Source: the human T2T-CHM13v2.0 reference genome, Homo sapiens
Strand: one strand, 5' to 3'
NCBI RefSeq assembly: GCF_009914755.1
Contig: NC_060928.1
DNA: 64,000 bases
The notes under the pieces were generated by a model. It did no database searches, had not been told where the DNA came from, and worked only from the letters and a program-made list of their open reading frames with translations. How positions within the stretch are numbered: position 1 is the first letter of the stretch; the number at the start of each line of letters is the position of its first letter. Positions 42,415-61,196 of this stretch are shown here, in pieces. A program made the position numbers and the translations under genes.

Positions 42415-45400
42415 CTTAAGACCTTTAGATTTGTACCATACGGCTTCGCATTTAATCAGTCATCTGTACACCTAAGTTGCCCAGGGCTCCTGAACTTCAG
42501 TAATTATGATCCATGCTTGAGGAATTATTCCTTCTTTTCGTTTGAGACCAGAGATTTTCTTCTTTCTCAAAGCTTCAACATGCTTTTATGATCAGGTTGC
42601 ACATTTCTTTGTTTTGTTCTTTTGAAGAACTTTTCTTACTCTTGATTTTTCTCCTAGCTGTTAAGGGTCTTGTTACCATTGCCTTTATCAAAGAAGAGTA
42701 TTTCTATCCTTTTCCTATTCATGTTTACAATTCAGTATATATGACCTGTAACAGCTTGTACATACTACAACATATTTTGCATAAGTTACAAAATGACTTT
42801 CATCATTTTTGGCAGAAGCTATGAAATTTTATGAAACCTTTATCATTACCAGTAAAACTGATAAAAGAAGAATTTTTAAGTTCAATTTATCTACTTATAA
42901 AACAATAATAAATTATGTCTCTATCTACCTATCTCTCAACTTGTGGGTCATCTCACTTACTGAAAACCCAGCTTTCCTGTTCTGGATATAAATTTAAAAA
43001 TTCACAGAATACCCAGAGAATAGTTAAATTTTGATTGAAACCTAATTCTCCCTGGGTATTAACTGTAGGTTCCTTTTTTGATGCTCTTCTAATAATTTGC
43101 TAGCTCTTTGATGAGTTTCTCTAGTTCACATGTATTACACTAGAAAAATATGTATCTATTTCTTAGATATATAAAGAAAAATGAACGTTATGGTTTCTAT
43201 TATCATCTTTAACACTGTCATTCTACTTGATTTCAGTAATTTATAAGACTTATATTCTTTTCCTTCATTAGGAGAAAAGAGATATTTTGGATGCCCCAGG
43301 GAAACAGTGAGTACATACTTGATGACAGGTTATCTTTAAAGCATTCCAAAGTCTTTGTGTGGGAATGACACCTAAATATAAAAATTATATTATTATTCTA
43401 CTAGAATTATAGAAATAATTTATGCCACAATTAACCATTTCACAGCTACTGTGCACATTAGAAACATTAGTAGCAAAATGCTGGACATATATTTAAGTGC
43501 TTTAGATCCATTTAAAACTACACTTTCCCAATCTTTGCTGATTAGCACAGTAGGCTTAATACTAGATACCATCCTAAAAGAAAAGTGATTCTATGTCGCA
43601 AGTGGAAGAAATCTGTTTTTGTATTCCAAGAACATAATGTCCATTGATTTCCTATTTTAGAAGACTAACAAGTGAATTAGCATACTTATATCAATAAGAA
43701 TCTCCTTTTCCTTCTCCTTCTCCTCCTCCTTCATCAAATGGAATGTGTGGATTTTAGTTGAGAATATGAAAAGGATGCTCATGGGCAATTTTAGAAAGCA
43801 CTTCTGAGCTCATAGGAACAATAACTCTGGACAATAGTTGTTATTACTGCAACCTTTAGTTCAACAGTGAACAGACTGTGTAACTACCTTCCCTGAGTGC
43901 ACACAGTAAGTAGAGGTCCAGCTGAATTCCAAATCCAGTTGACTGATATGAACATCAGTGCTCTTTCCAGGTCACCCTAGTAGATGTGTAAGAAAGACTG
44001 ATCTTTTTGATTAAAATTTTTCATCTTCACAAGGGATTCTAAAGAGGAAAACCCTTACTAATTAAGCATGATTTATCATATTGGAAATAACAGGTGCTGG
44101 ACAATTGCACTGGGCTTCAACTTAGAGGTGGGGAGTCATGCCCTCCTATCCAAGTACTTTATTTTGGAACACTTCTAGAGAAGCAGGATGCAGTAGGATC
44201 TTCCTGTACTTTATTGCCAAGTCATGGTTTTGGGACACAGCGATACTCCTGAAATACGTGATTGACCTTGTTGATAACATTGTAGTCTTATGATATTGTC
44301 ATAGCCCTCTTTTTTCCTTCTGTTTCTAGGTTTTTCTATTCTTTGCTATTTACATGGGCCTATGTAATAGAATCAGAAAGATGTTGGAGTATGATCTTCA
44401 ATCTAAAGAATATCTGAATCATTTTTCTGTTACTACTTTATAGCAGTCTTCCTTTTCTTCACTGAATCTAGCCTTTTCTATTGGTTCCTACTTTATTCAC
44501 TCTGAATTGTCTCATATTTAACCTTAGTCTCAGGAAAAAGAGTAAAAACCCACATATGATACTAACTCAAGGAGACCAGAATCCAGACTTTTTATAAAGC
44601 AAATTCTAATGTTTATACTTATTCATATATTTATTTACACTATCTTTTGTCATGCCTCCATATACTATTAGTTGCTCTACATACCTGATTTCATAAAACA
44701 CATGAATTTTTTTCTTTGAAACATGATATTCAATTGATCACTAAAGCCTTCATATTCCTTTTCTCAGTCACCTTATCATCTACCTTTTAAAGCTGATTTC
44801 AATCCTATGTAAAGGTATTGCAACTTTCATTTAACAATATCATATCTTTAACTCATATATTACATGGAGAGTTTTAATTCCAGCACTCATTGTTGTACTG
44901 ATAATGGCTTCCTTTCATTTCTTTGGCACTTCTTATACTCCTAGAATTTACGTAAATATTCCTAGAATTTACATTTTTTCTTCTAACTCTAAAGGAGAAT
45001 AGAAGCTCAAAATAGAATTTTGATAAAAACTTGTTCTGGGCTCTTAGACACTCTGTTTCTGGATAGAAACACAAATTAATATTTCTGACATACTCTCAAT
45101 TTTCTAAATATTCTGTATGTTTTGAAACTGCAATGCTTAACATCTTGGTCCATGAGTGTTGGTAGCCAAGCAGCTCTTAGAAGGGCTTTAGATTTGTCCA
45201 GTGTATGACAGCAATAGCAAGAAATTTTATTGGGGATGATCTATTTATTGCAGGATAGGGGCCATCTCTCCTTTCTTCTAGGTTGATTGCCTATTACCCA
45301 GCCATAAATCCTATCCTTACTCATAGTACCTCCAACAGAAAACAAAAAAAAATCCACAAAAATCACCAGAAATTCAATAATTGATTTTTAGAATCAGAGG

Positions 45401-45735
45401 TTTAATAATTGATTTTAAAGTATAAAATACAAGAACAAAGTCAAAGAAGAGACATAAAGACATTTCCCAGGCCTCCTAAAGGTACTGTATGTGGGGAAGG
45501 AGAAGACTTTGAAATTTGTTATGGAACTTGAGATGGAGATCATACTCAGTCTGGCACCTCCAGCTGTTTTTCATTACAAAGATTGAAAAGTAGAAATTCA
45601 AAATAGAGAAAAGGAAAAAGAGACAAGATGCTATAGAAAGTAGATGATAATAAAAGCTAAATTCAGCCTAACACACATACAAGTTTCCCATGTCATATCT
45701 TGGAGAACTGAGCTTGGCAAACCTCTGAAATCTCA

Positions 45736-46032
<297 letters not shown>

Positions 46033-47479
46033 AAATCTCATTTTGATTTTGAAACTGGAATTTTACTTTGATAGTGGGTTTTCTTGAAGGTTTAGGCAGA
46101 CTTTTTTTTTCCCCCAATTTGACATTGCTACAAATTCCAGAGTTTGATTTTCCTATGTGCTCTAGGAGAAGTGTCCTTATTCAGCCAAATCCTTTGCTTG
46201 CAGGCACACATAATAATTATCCCATGAAAACTCTCAGAGGATCTGTTCTGCAGAGGAGTGGAAGTTTCTTCAGTCTAAAGAAATTGAGTCAGCTTTAAGT
46301 ATTGATAAGAATAGAAGACCTATGAAACAGGAAGAATTATTTGCTAGACAATGTTTTAAGGTGTGTTTTGAGTAATAAAGTAATGTGATTTGTGCAAGGG
46401 GTACAGTGGCCCTGAGCATAACATTTGGTGACTAGACTCATTATGATATCAAGCTTTGGGTCTTATTTGACATTTAATACCCAATTTCTTATTTGGGATT
46501 TGACAAACAGGAGAAGCTAAGTGAATATTTGTTGATGTAATGCTTTCTTGCTTGCCATGCTTCAAGACTATCTATGGCAGACCCTTCAACTTCTATTTCA
46601 TTTGTATTTCTCATAAAGTACTACAAATGGTAGTGGCCCTGTAAATTGTAGGAGCTCAAAGAATACGACGAATGAGAGAACTAATAATTTATAATTAACT
46701 GAGCTAGGTGAAATGAATTGTGTGAGGGTAAAAAGTATTTTCCTCTCCTTTCCAGTTCTATAAGTTTATCTTGGCAATAGGTTAAAATGTACTCCCCGAA
46801 AAGTTTAACCTTGGGCAAATAATTAGCTTTTGCCATGCCCCGGTAGTACAACTAGTCTATATAGAGTCTAGATTCCTGAAGTTACCTATTGAATACCTAA
46901 TTCTGAGGGCATCTGAAGCCCCTTTCCCCTAAAATGTTTTGAATTTCTAGAATTTTCTTATTGCCTCACAGGATGTTTAAGTTTCATGAAACCTTAGGTA
47001 TTATTTGGCTTAAATTCCTCATAATGTAGATGAAGAAATTGGGGTTCAGATTAACAAAATAGAAAATAGGGAATTATTATCTATTGTAAACCTAACGTGC
47101 TGGACATCATGCTATATATACTTCTGTCATGCATTATTTATTTTAGAACTTCAAATTACCCTCACTTTATAGATGGACAGCTCTTTAACAATTTTTTTTA
47201 CTTCTCTGTCCAAGAAGAAAATACTTTCAAACGAATTTGGCAGACTTTCATTGAAAATTATTTTAATTACCAGAGGAGTTAATATACTTTTTCAGAAGCC
47301 ATGTAAGAATTAAGGGTGATTAAAAGCCAATTAAAAGAGTCAGATTTTGATTGATGTACTATTCTTTCCGCAGTTTATTTGATCTAAGAGGCAGCTTTAA
47401 CATTTCTTCTACTCATAAAACACAATGGCATTTTAAAATTAATATGTAAAAGGTGAAGGCTTAGCATAATTCATTATCT

Positions 47480-47839
47480 CTTTCATTAGTAATAGAATTC
47501 TTACTTAATTCCAGGTAGAAACGCAACCAACTAAAAGATTATATTTCCTAGCCTCCCCTGTATGTAGGGACAAACAGAGATGTTAATGAAAGATGTTGAG
47601 TGAAGCTTATAAAAAAGCTACTTTTGTCCTTTTCTCCTTCCTATAATTTTCTGTCTGGATCATGACTATGTTGACTGGAGCTCCAGAAGGACAGAGCATA
47701 GTTTCCTATTAGCCTTGGAGAGTACCATACTGGCCTTAGCTGCCCGCTGCTCAACTTCTAGATGAAAGGATAGATCTTTATGTTTAAACCACTATTGTCA
47801 GATTTCTATTACCAGCCACAAAAAAATTCCCCACTGATA
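47480..47839 (+). mobile_element. Old ERVL/MaLR LTR (LTR16/MLT1J-like)
   Basis: 'atatttcctagcctcccctg...tggagctccag...tgtttaaaccactattgtcag...actgata'. Confidence 0.5.
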
Positions 47840-48119
47840 AATGAGCTATGGCAGCTTTGGAAGGGCTCATTAGTGTTTTAAACTGTGTTCCATCATTTTG
47901 TGGTTTCTTAATGTTGTCTAAGGGGTCACCTGGGAAGGTTTGGAAAGATGGAGGGCATGATTCTCAAATCCATTGTTGTCTGTCCAATGAAAACATCTCT
48001 AATTCCATCTGTTTTATTATTTAGACATCTGTGTGGCATTTAATTCGAACCAAGTTCCCATAGCTTAAAGTAATCTGAAAACCACTGAGTTCTAGACCAA
48101 AGTTCTCATCATATTGCTA

Positions 48120-48370
48120 AAACAATGACTGTGTCTCATGCACTCTTCTAAATGCTTGCCAGATAATAAATCATGTAACTCCCTCAATAACCCTATGAGC
48201 TAAGTGTTATTACTTTTCCCATCCTGCATAAGAGAAAATCAAGGCACAGAAACATTTAGTAACTTTTGCAAAGTATGTATCTTGTAAGTGGCATAGCTGA
48301 GATTCAATCCTGGCAGCTTGCTCCAAAATCCAGGCTTTGAAAATCCAGGCTTTGAAACCCTATACTGCTT
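48120..48370 (-). mobile_element. MIR
   Basis: 'cctcaataaccctatgag...agagaaaatcaaggcacagaaacatttagtaac...agctgagattcaatcctggcag'. Confidence 0.75.
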
Positions 48371-49302
48371 CTACACTTGATTACTAAATTAATGCCATGG
48401 AATATAAGTTATTTTCTTAAGTTCAAATATTTTTATAGGAGATCTGATCCAAGCTCTCAGAGTACTTAACTCTAACCTAAAATTTTTCCCAGAACACCAA
48501 ACAAAATCCTATTTCTGGTTTGTTAACACTTTTTTTTTGTTTCTATATGGCACAATAATTCAATTGACAAATAAAGAAAAAGAGTAAAGATAAGTAAAGA
48601 AAAGTCACTTTCTTAGTTGCTGCAGTTGCAAATGAATGATACCCAGCACCAATAAGTTCAAATTTCAGCTCCTTGCATCTTTTTAAAAAATAGCTCTCTT
48701 AAACTGTTAACAGTGACACCATGTTTGGCTAAAATCTTTTCTATCCCCATCAGCTTTCTTTTAAACATTAACCTCATCTCTCTCCATATACTTCAAGCCT
48801 TCTATTAATCCCAGACTTTGCAAATCTTTCAGGATTCTGGAACACAAGTAGTCTAGTGTTAGACAGCTGATAAAGTCTGTCTCCAGACCCTGCTGCACTA
48901 GTCCTTTTAAAATCAACTCAGTATTAACTAAATATGGCTTCAATGTTATCATTTCTTTTACTAACCCATTAACAATTCTAGCCTCTTGACTGTTTCCTTA
49001 TAAAACCACCAATGCACAATTTTATACAGGATATTTTCTATTAGAATTTAGAGTTTTAATTCTATTACAAATTACAGTTGCATACAAGGAAAGAAATTCT
49101 GGTTTCCTGGGGAAAATTTCCGTATGTAAACATTTCTCCTGGATACACATATGCTTCTTTTAATTTTAACCCACAGAATTTTATGCACTCAACAAAAGTA
49201 ATCAGTTGATAATTTTAAAAAATTCAGAGATTAAGATTTCTCTTAGACCTTTGATTGATACTAAATGTTGAATATAGTTTTCTTACAATGTAAGAAATTC
49301 CA

Positions 49303-49699
<397 letters not shown>

Positions 49700-49797
49700 T
49701 TAAAATAGTGCAGATGTTAGCTCTTGGCTATTTTCTCTGCTAATGGTCAGAGACAGACTTTTGTTTCTACTTATTTAGTTCTGTTCTAAGAATATGA

Positions 49798-50450
<653 letters not shown>

Positions 50451-50566
50451 AAAGAAGGATTTTTCTTTACAAGACTTTCGTAAATGTGGAGATAGAATAT
50501 CTTCATCATTTTGCTGAGTACTTTTTAGAAGAATGCAAGCTATAAAGAAAGAGTGGTAGAGATGAC

Positions 50567-54617
<4,051 letters not shown>

Positions 54618-57600
54618 TCAGGGGTGGTGGCTATAGGGATGAGAGGGGTGGGCCACTATATTTGCTGTTTGGGCATCTTATCCATTCCAGCCTTCAGGCT
54701 TTGGATTCTGAGCCCACCCAGGGTGGAAAAGATCCCTCGGCACAACACAGCTCCTCTACCAATATGTGGCCAGTCTGCTGCTTTAAGTGGGTGCCTGATC
54801 CCCTTTCTCTTCATTGGGCAGGACCTCCCAACTGGAGCCTCCAGCCACCCCTGCCTGAGCTCTCCAGCTGACAGAGATCTGAATTCCCCCTGAGACAGTG
54901 CTCCCAGAGGGAGGGGTGGGCCACCATCTTTGCTGTTGGGGTGACTTACCCATTCCAGCCTTTGGGCTTTGGAGTGTCTGAGGCACCCAGTGGCTGAAGT
55001 GGATCCCTAGCACAGGACAGATACTGTACCAAAACATGGCCAGTCTGCTTTTTAAAGTGGGTCCTGATCCTGTTCCTCTTTACTAGATGGGACCTCCCAA
55101 CCCGGGTCTCCAGCCACTTCCTACAGGTGCCTTTGGGTTGCCAACAGGTCCATACTTCGCTGGGACAAAGCTCCCAGAGAGAGGAACAGGCTGCCATGTT
55201 TGCTGTTTTGCAGCCTTCATTGGTGACACCTCTAGGTTCTGGAAAATCCGAGATAACTAGGCACTGGAGTGGGCCCCAAGCGTACTGCAGCAGCCCTACA
55301 GAAACGTGGTCTGACTGCTACATGGGTGCCCCTGCCCATAGCTCCCCACAGAGCAGGTCTTTCAGGCCAGGGCCTCCAGCCAAGCCTGCCAGAACTATCG
55401 AGCCAGTACCAACTCAGCAACACCCTGGACAGAGCCTCCAGGGGCAACTGAAAGCCTCTCTGCCAGTGCCTCTGCAGAGGAACTGCCCTTGCCACCTTCA
55501 GACTAATGAAGGAATAAAGAACCCTGAGTGCTTTATGCATAACTCCAACAAGCTGCTGTTGACCTTCGGAGAGGTGGTCAGTTCATCTTCCATGGGTCCC
55601 ATACCACTGCCCCCACCACCCAACTCATCACCAGACAAGGAACCCCTGGCTTGGGCCCACAGCACAAACCCTCCATCTTGGGCTGATTGCACTGAGCAAT
55701 GACTGACCTGCATTTCTCTTGGGTGGAGCCCCCAGGAGTCAGGCAAACTACCCTTGGCCACCACCACTACTGCTGCCTCTAAGCTAGGGGAGAAACATAA
55801 ACACTGAGATTGCCCCAGAGCTGCAGTAGGAAGCCCAGGAATGCTAAGTCATGAACTACAGCCAGCACTTAAGAGGGGGAGGAACTCACACTTTCAGAGC
55901 ACTGAGAGGGAACACAACTGTGAGGAAATATAAGGAAGTCACACAACTGAGCAAGAATCTATCAACTGACCAATAAGCCTTAGTGTCATCTGCTGGATCA
56001 CACTGCAAAGCTTCAACACTAAAAATATCTCACTAACATACCCCCACTCTGAAACCAGAGACAAGAAGTCAGCTTCAAATATAACCCTACACAAAGCCAT
56101 GGCCTGATGAAAGCATCCAGAAAAGAAGTCTATTGACTGTACACCGTCTACACTGCAGATAAAGGAACACCCACACACAGAGATGAGAAAGAATCAATGC
56201 AAGAACTCTGGTAACTCAAATTTCCAGAGTGTCATATGTCCTCCAATCAACTGTAATAGTTCTCTAACAAGATTTCTTAGCCAGACTGAGCTTGCTGGAA
56301 TGACAGAAATAGAATTCAGAATATGGATAGGAACAAAGATCATTGAGATTCAGGAAGATGACAAAATCCAATCCAAGGAAAATGAGAATCACAATAAAAT
56401 AATACAGGAGCTGAAGGATGCAGTAGCTGGTATACAAAAGAAACAATGCCATTCTTATCAAACCATCAACAAAATTCTTCACAAAACTAGAAAAAATTAT
56501 TTTAAAAATTATATGAACCCCCAAAAGAGCCCAAATAGCCAAGGCAGTCCTAAGCAAAGAGAGCAAAGCTGGAGGAATCATATTACCTGACTTCAAACTA
56601 TACTACAAGGCTATAGTGACCAAAACAGCATGGCACTGGTACAAAAACAAGAACATAGACCAGTTGAGTAGAATAGAGAGCCCAGAAATAAGACCACACA
56701 TCTATGACCATCTGATCCTCAACAAAGGTGACAAAAATGAGTAAAGGGGAAAATATTCCCTACTCAATAAATGATACTGGGATAACTGGCTAGCCATATG
56801 CAGAAGATTGAAGCTGGACCCCTTCCTTACAGCATATACACAAATCAACTCAAGATGGAATAAAGGCTTACATGTAAAACCCGAAACTGTAAAAACCCTA
56901 GAAAACAACCTAGTAAATACCATCCAGGGCATAAGAACAAGGCAAAGATCTCGTTAAAAAGACACCAAAAGCAATCACAACAAAAGCAAAAATTGACAAA
57001 TGGGATCTAATTAAGAGATTCTGTACAGCAAAATAAACTATCAACAGGATACAGAGACAGCCTACAGAATAGGAGAAAATATTTGCTAACTATGCATCTG
57101 ACAAAGGTCTAATATCCAGCATTTATAAGGAATTTAAACAAATTTACAAGAGAAAAACAACCCCATTAAAAAGTGGGCAAAGGACATGAACAGACACTTC
57201 TCAAAAGAAGACATACACGGGGCCAACAAGCATATGAGAAAAAGCTCAGTATCACTGATCATTAGAGAAATGCAAGTCAAAACCACAATAAGATGCCATC
57301 TCACACCAGTCAGAACGGCTACTATTAAAAAGTCAAAAAATAACCAATGCTGGTGAGGTTGCAGAGAAAAGGGAACCCTTATACACTGTTGGTGGGAGTA
57401 TAACTTAGTTCAATCATTATGTAAAGCAGCATGGCGATTCCTCAATGAGCTAAAAGCAGAACTACCATTTGATCCACCAATCCCATTACTGGGTATATAC
57501 TCAGAAAAATATAAAGCATTCTACCGTAAAGACACATCCATGCAAATGTTCAATGCAGCACTGGATATTTCAATAGCAAAGACATGGAATCAACCTAAAT

Positions 57601-58019
57601 GCCCATCAATGACAGAGTGGATAATGAAAATGTTACATATGTGCCATGGAGTATTATGCAGCCATAAAAAAGAACGAGATCATGTCTTTTGTGCGAACAT
57701 GGATGGAGCTGAAGGCTATTATCCTTAGCAAACTAATGCAGGAACAGAAAACCAAATACCGCATGTTCTTACTTACAAGTGGGAGCTAAATGATGAGAAC
57801 TTATGAACACAAAGAAGGGAACAATAGACACTGAGGTTTACTTGAGCAGGGAGGGTGGGAGGAAGAGAGGAGCAGAAAAGATAGCTATTGGTACTGAGTT
57901 TAATACCTGGGTGATATAATAATATGTACAACAAATCCCCATGACACATGTTTATTTTCGTAACAAACCTTCACATTTATCCCCAAACCTAAAACAAAAA
58001 TTTTAAAAAGGAAAAAAAA
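54618..58019 (+). mobile_element. Older L1 (L1PA13-15, L1PA14-like) with repeated 5'UTR monomers and a large internal deletion
   Basis: ~270-bp 5'UTR repeats; ORF1 start MRKNQCKNSGNS at 56183; jump into late ORF2 at ~56445; 3' end 'gagcagaaaagatagctattggtactg...aaaccttcacatttatccccaaacctaaa' plus A-tail. Confidence 0.85.
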
Positions 58020-58467
58020 TGCAAATTTCATAAAATACTTCTGAAATAAAGGACAAATAGGAATTTACATTGCTGTGTGCTTGTATTGGCATAAAGAAAC
58101 TGTGGAAGGAAGCACAGGAGTAGGAATGAGGAGAATGGTTACCAACAGGGATTAGCTGGGGGAAATGGGGAGGATGAAGATAGGGACATTGGTGGGAACA
58201 GAATTTCCATTTGTATTTCTTTCCATGGTCTTGATTTTGACCAATTTGAATACATTATCTATTAAAATATAATACAGTTTAAAAATGCCAGCATATAGTG
58301 GATCCTTTAGATTGTAAACTTTTTTTTTCTAGGCCTCATGTTTCTTTTTTTCTTTCTGTTTGTTTATTTTGATATAAGGAAAGTTCTCTTCAGTCCTGAT
58401 CTCAGTAAATTGAGTGTGTAGTTTGTCCTTGATCCTTTCCATTATCCACGTGGTGCCTGCTAAAATT

Positions 58468-58760
58468 TACTCATTCATTCATCAAAGAGTTATTTTCTAC
58501 TATGTGCCAGTCATTCTTCTAGCCACTGGGCTATGTATCAGTGAAAACACAACAAAGATAAATGTCCATCCTTATGGAGCTCATATTTTAGCTTTAGGAA
58601 GAGCTTACAGATAATAGAATATACTTAAGTTTAATACATAGTATGTCAGATGATGCTAAGTGTTCTGGAAAAACTAAAAGAGAGAGGGACAGAGAGAGTA
58701 GGGGAAGTGTGTTGGTGGTTGGAATTGTTGACAAGGTCATTGAACATCTCATGAAGAAAA
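58468..58760 (-). mobile_element. L2 3' fragment
   Basis: 'ctcattcattcatc...ctactatgtgccag...ccttatggagctcatattttag'. Confidence 0.7.
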
Positions 58761-60889
58761 GAGTCCTGTTTTCTTTCAATCTGTAGGACTCCTAGCCAGA
58801 ATTCCGCTATTTTGCAGGTATTTAATTTGGATATTTTAGGCAGAAGAAGGAATTTCTGGTTTTATTTCTTAGACTTATTTTGGTGAGAAATAAATTTTAA
58901 TACTCATAAGTTTTTGTGATTCTTTCCTTATTAAAAACAGTGAGTTAAAAAAAAAAACCCAAAACAAACCAACGTGTAATTTCTCAGGAGTTCTATTCCA
59001 TGGATCTTCTTAGGTCACAGCCACACTGTCACACGTAAGTGGCTTTTAGCTCAAGTGCCTTTTGCCATGAAATTATTTCCACAGTTGGTGCCAAAAAAGT
59101 TATTAAAGGGAAGGATGATGGGGAGGGGAGTATTACAAGAGCTGTGATTCCTGAGAAAGCAGCTCCTTGCTTGGAGGCTTCTCTCTTTCTAATGAGTAGT
59201 GGGAATCTGTGTCCAAAATGTGGAAGTTCTCCTCGTGTCTTCTCCTCTTGCATATCCCCAACAAGGATGTTCCTCTGAGATTTTATTAATGCCATTGCCA
59301 TCTGACTGTGAAAATTGGTGGCTTTTATAAATTAAGTTTCCAGTCCCTATGAAATTTTGAATCTTAAAGAAAAATGCTTTCACTGCTATTAAAATGAGAA
59401 GTTGAGGGTGGATGAATTAGGTGTTGCTCACTTTGTGTCAAGAGAACCTAGAGGTTTCTTTATATTTTATTTTTACTTTAATCTAATGTTATTCAAAGCA
59501 TTTCATTAATATAATTTAGAAAGTCAAATGGTTCTTAAAATGAGAAATGAGAACACTTTGCTCCACTTGGCCCCAATCTGATTGTTATACTCTGGAGGAA
59601 ATCATTTCCAATATTTTAGCTTTTTGTTTTTCATTTACTTCTATATTTCTAAAAAACATAATCACATTGCTATTTTTGAACTGTGAATTTCGTATCTTAT
59701 CCATAGATTCCTATTGTACTCTCTTTTATATGCCACCTACCCCAAACATTTTAGTTAAATTAATATTCACTGCTTGTATTATTATGACATTGCTATTATT
59801 ATTTATAAATGATGACTCTATTGCATATTGCTTTCCTTGGTCATCTTTTTATTTTTTGTGAGTTGCTAAGTAATTCATTTTTCTTTTGCCTTGTTTTCTT
59901 CTATATAACCATTATTACTAATTTATTCTCAGATTCTCACAAGAAATAGAAATCTTTTTTCAAATGGTTAAAATGTATCACATAGTATGTTGATTTTATT
60001 TACTTATTTTGGAGACATTGCTTCTGGCAGCCTTCACTCCCAACTTGGTCTTTTGCTTTCTGGTTTTCCCATACTGTGTTCCAGAGCTGCCCTTTTCTCA
60101 GCATTGTTAGGATTTCCTAAGCCTCTCTTTCATCTGGATGTAATATTTCTTGGATTTCATGTCTTATTCATTTGGGTTTTATTCCCTTGATTTCGTGAGG
60201 GAACATCTTACAGGAATATGAGAAATTGGTCTTTGGAGTAAAATTGTTTGAGACTTTCCACATCTAATAATATATATTTTTTTCACACTTGAATAATTGT
60301 TTGGCTGAGGATAGAATTCTGTGTTGGAAATCATTTCCCATCAGATATGTGCAGGCCTTGCTAAGTTAATTAATTGTCTTCTAGCTTCCGGTGTTGCTCT
60401 TGCAGTGTCTGAAGAAATCTTGTAAACTTTTTATTTTGAAATAATTATAGCCCCACAGGAAATAGCCAAAATTATAAAGAGTCCCTTGTATTCTTCCCTC
60501 ATGTTTCCTCAATGGAAACACCTGCACGGTTATACAATATTAAATGATGCTATTTTAATTATAACTTCTATGCAAATGACATTTTTTTTCTAAAATTTTC
60601 AGAACATGAAAACTTACCCCTCTAGGTATTCTGAAATTTTATAATGAGGTATCTTGGTGTGAGTTTTCCTTTTCCATTATTAAATCTGCTGAGCATTCAG
60701 TGGGTCTTCATTTTTCAAGTTCCCTCTCCTCCACTTCCATTGCTATCTGCTCTCTTTTTTCTTTCTTGAATTTTATTGTTCTTTTAAAAATGTTCTATTT
60801 AATAGCCTTCTTGAAAAATAATACATGTAATAATTTTTTTCCTTCTGCCTTTTAATTCTTTACCTTTATAAGAGCTGTCCTCAATGAGT

Positions 60890-61196
60890 CTTTTTGTTTT
60901 GTTTTAGAAACAGTATTGTTTGCTCTGTTGCCTGGGCTGGAGTGCATTGGTACCATCATAGCTCACTGTAACTTTCAATTCCTGGGTGCGAGCACGCCTC
61001 CTCTCTCAGACAGAGTAGCTGGGACTACGGGTGTGTGCCACCATGCCAAGCTAATTTTCAATTTTTTGTGGAGATGGGGTGGTGTCGTGCTATCTTGTTC
61101 AGGCCTGTCTTGAACTCCTGGCCTCAAGTGATCCTACTGCCTTGGTCGCTCAAAGTCCCAAAGTGCTGGATTAGAGGCTTGGGTCACTGTGCCCAA
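60890..61196 (-). mobile_element. AluJ
   Basis: 'atcatagctcactgtaac...ttgaactcctggcctcaagtgatcc'. Confidence 0.85.

Noticed and set aside
42430-43300. Possible processed pseudogene or minus-strand coding remnant
   Set aside because: The segment I translated has stops in all minus-strand frames; no recognisable protein, poly-A or TSD.
54643-55450. ~270-bp imperfect tandem array and a 191-aa ORF (55127-55702)
   Set aside because: Repeated monomers of an old L1PA 5'UTR leading into ORF1; no repeat-spacer (CRISPR-like) structure.
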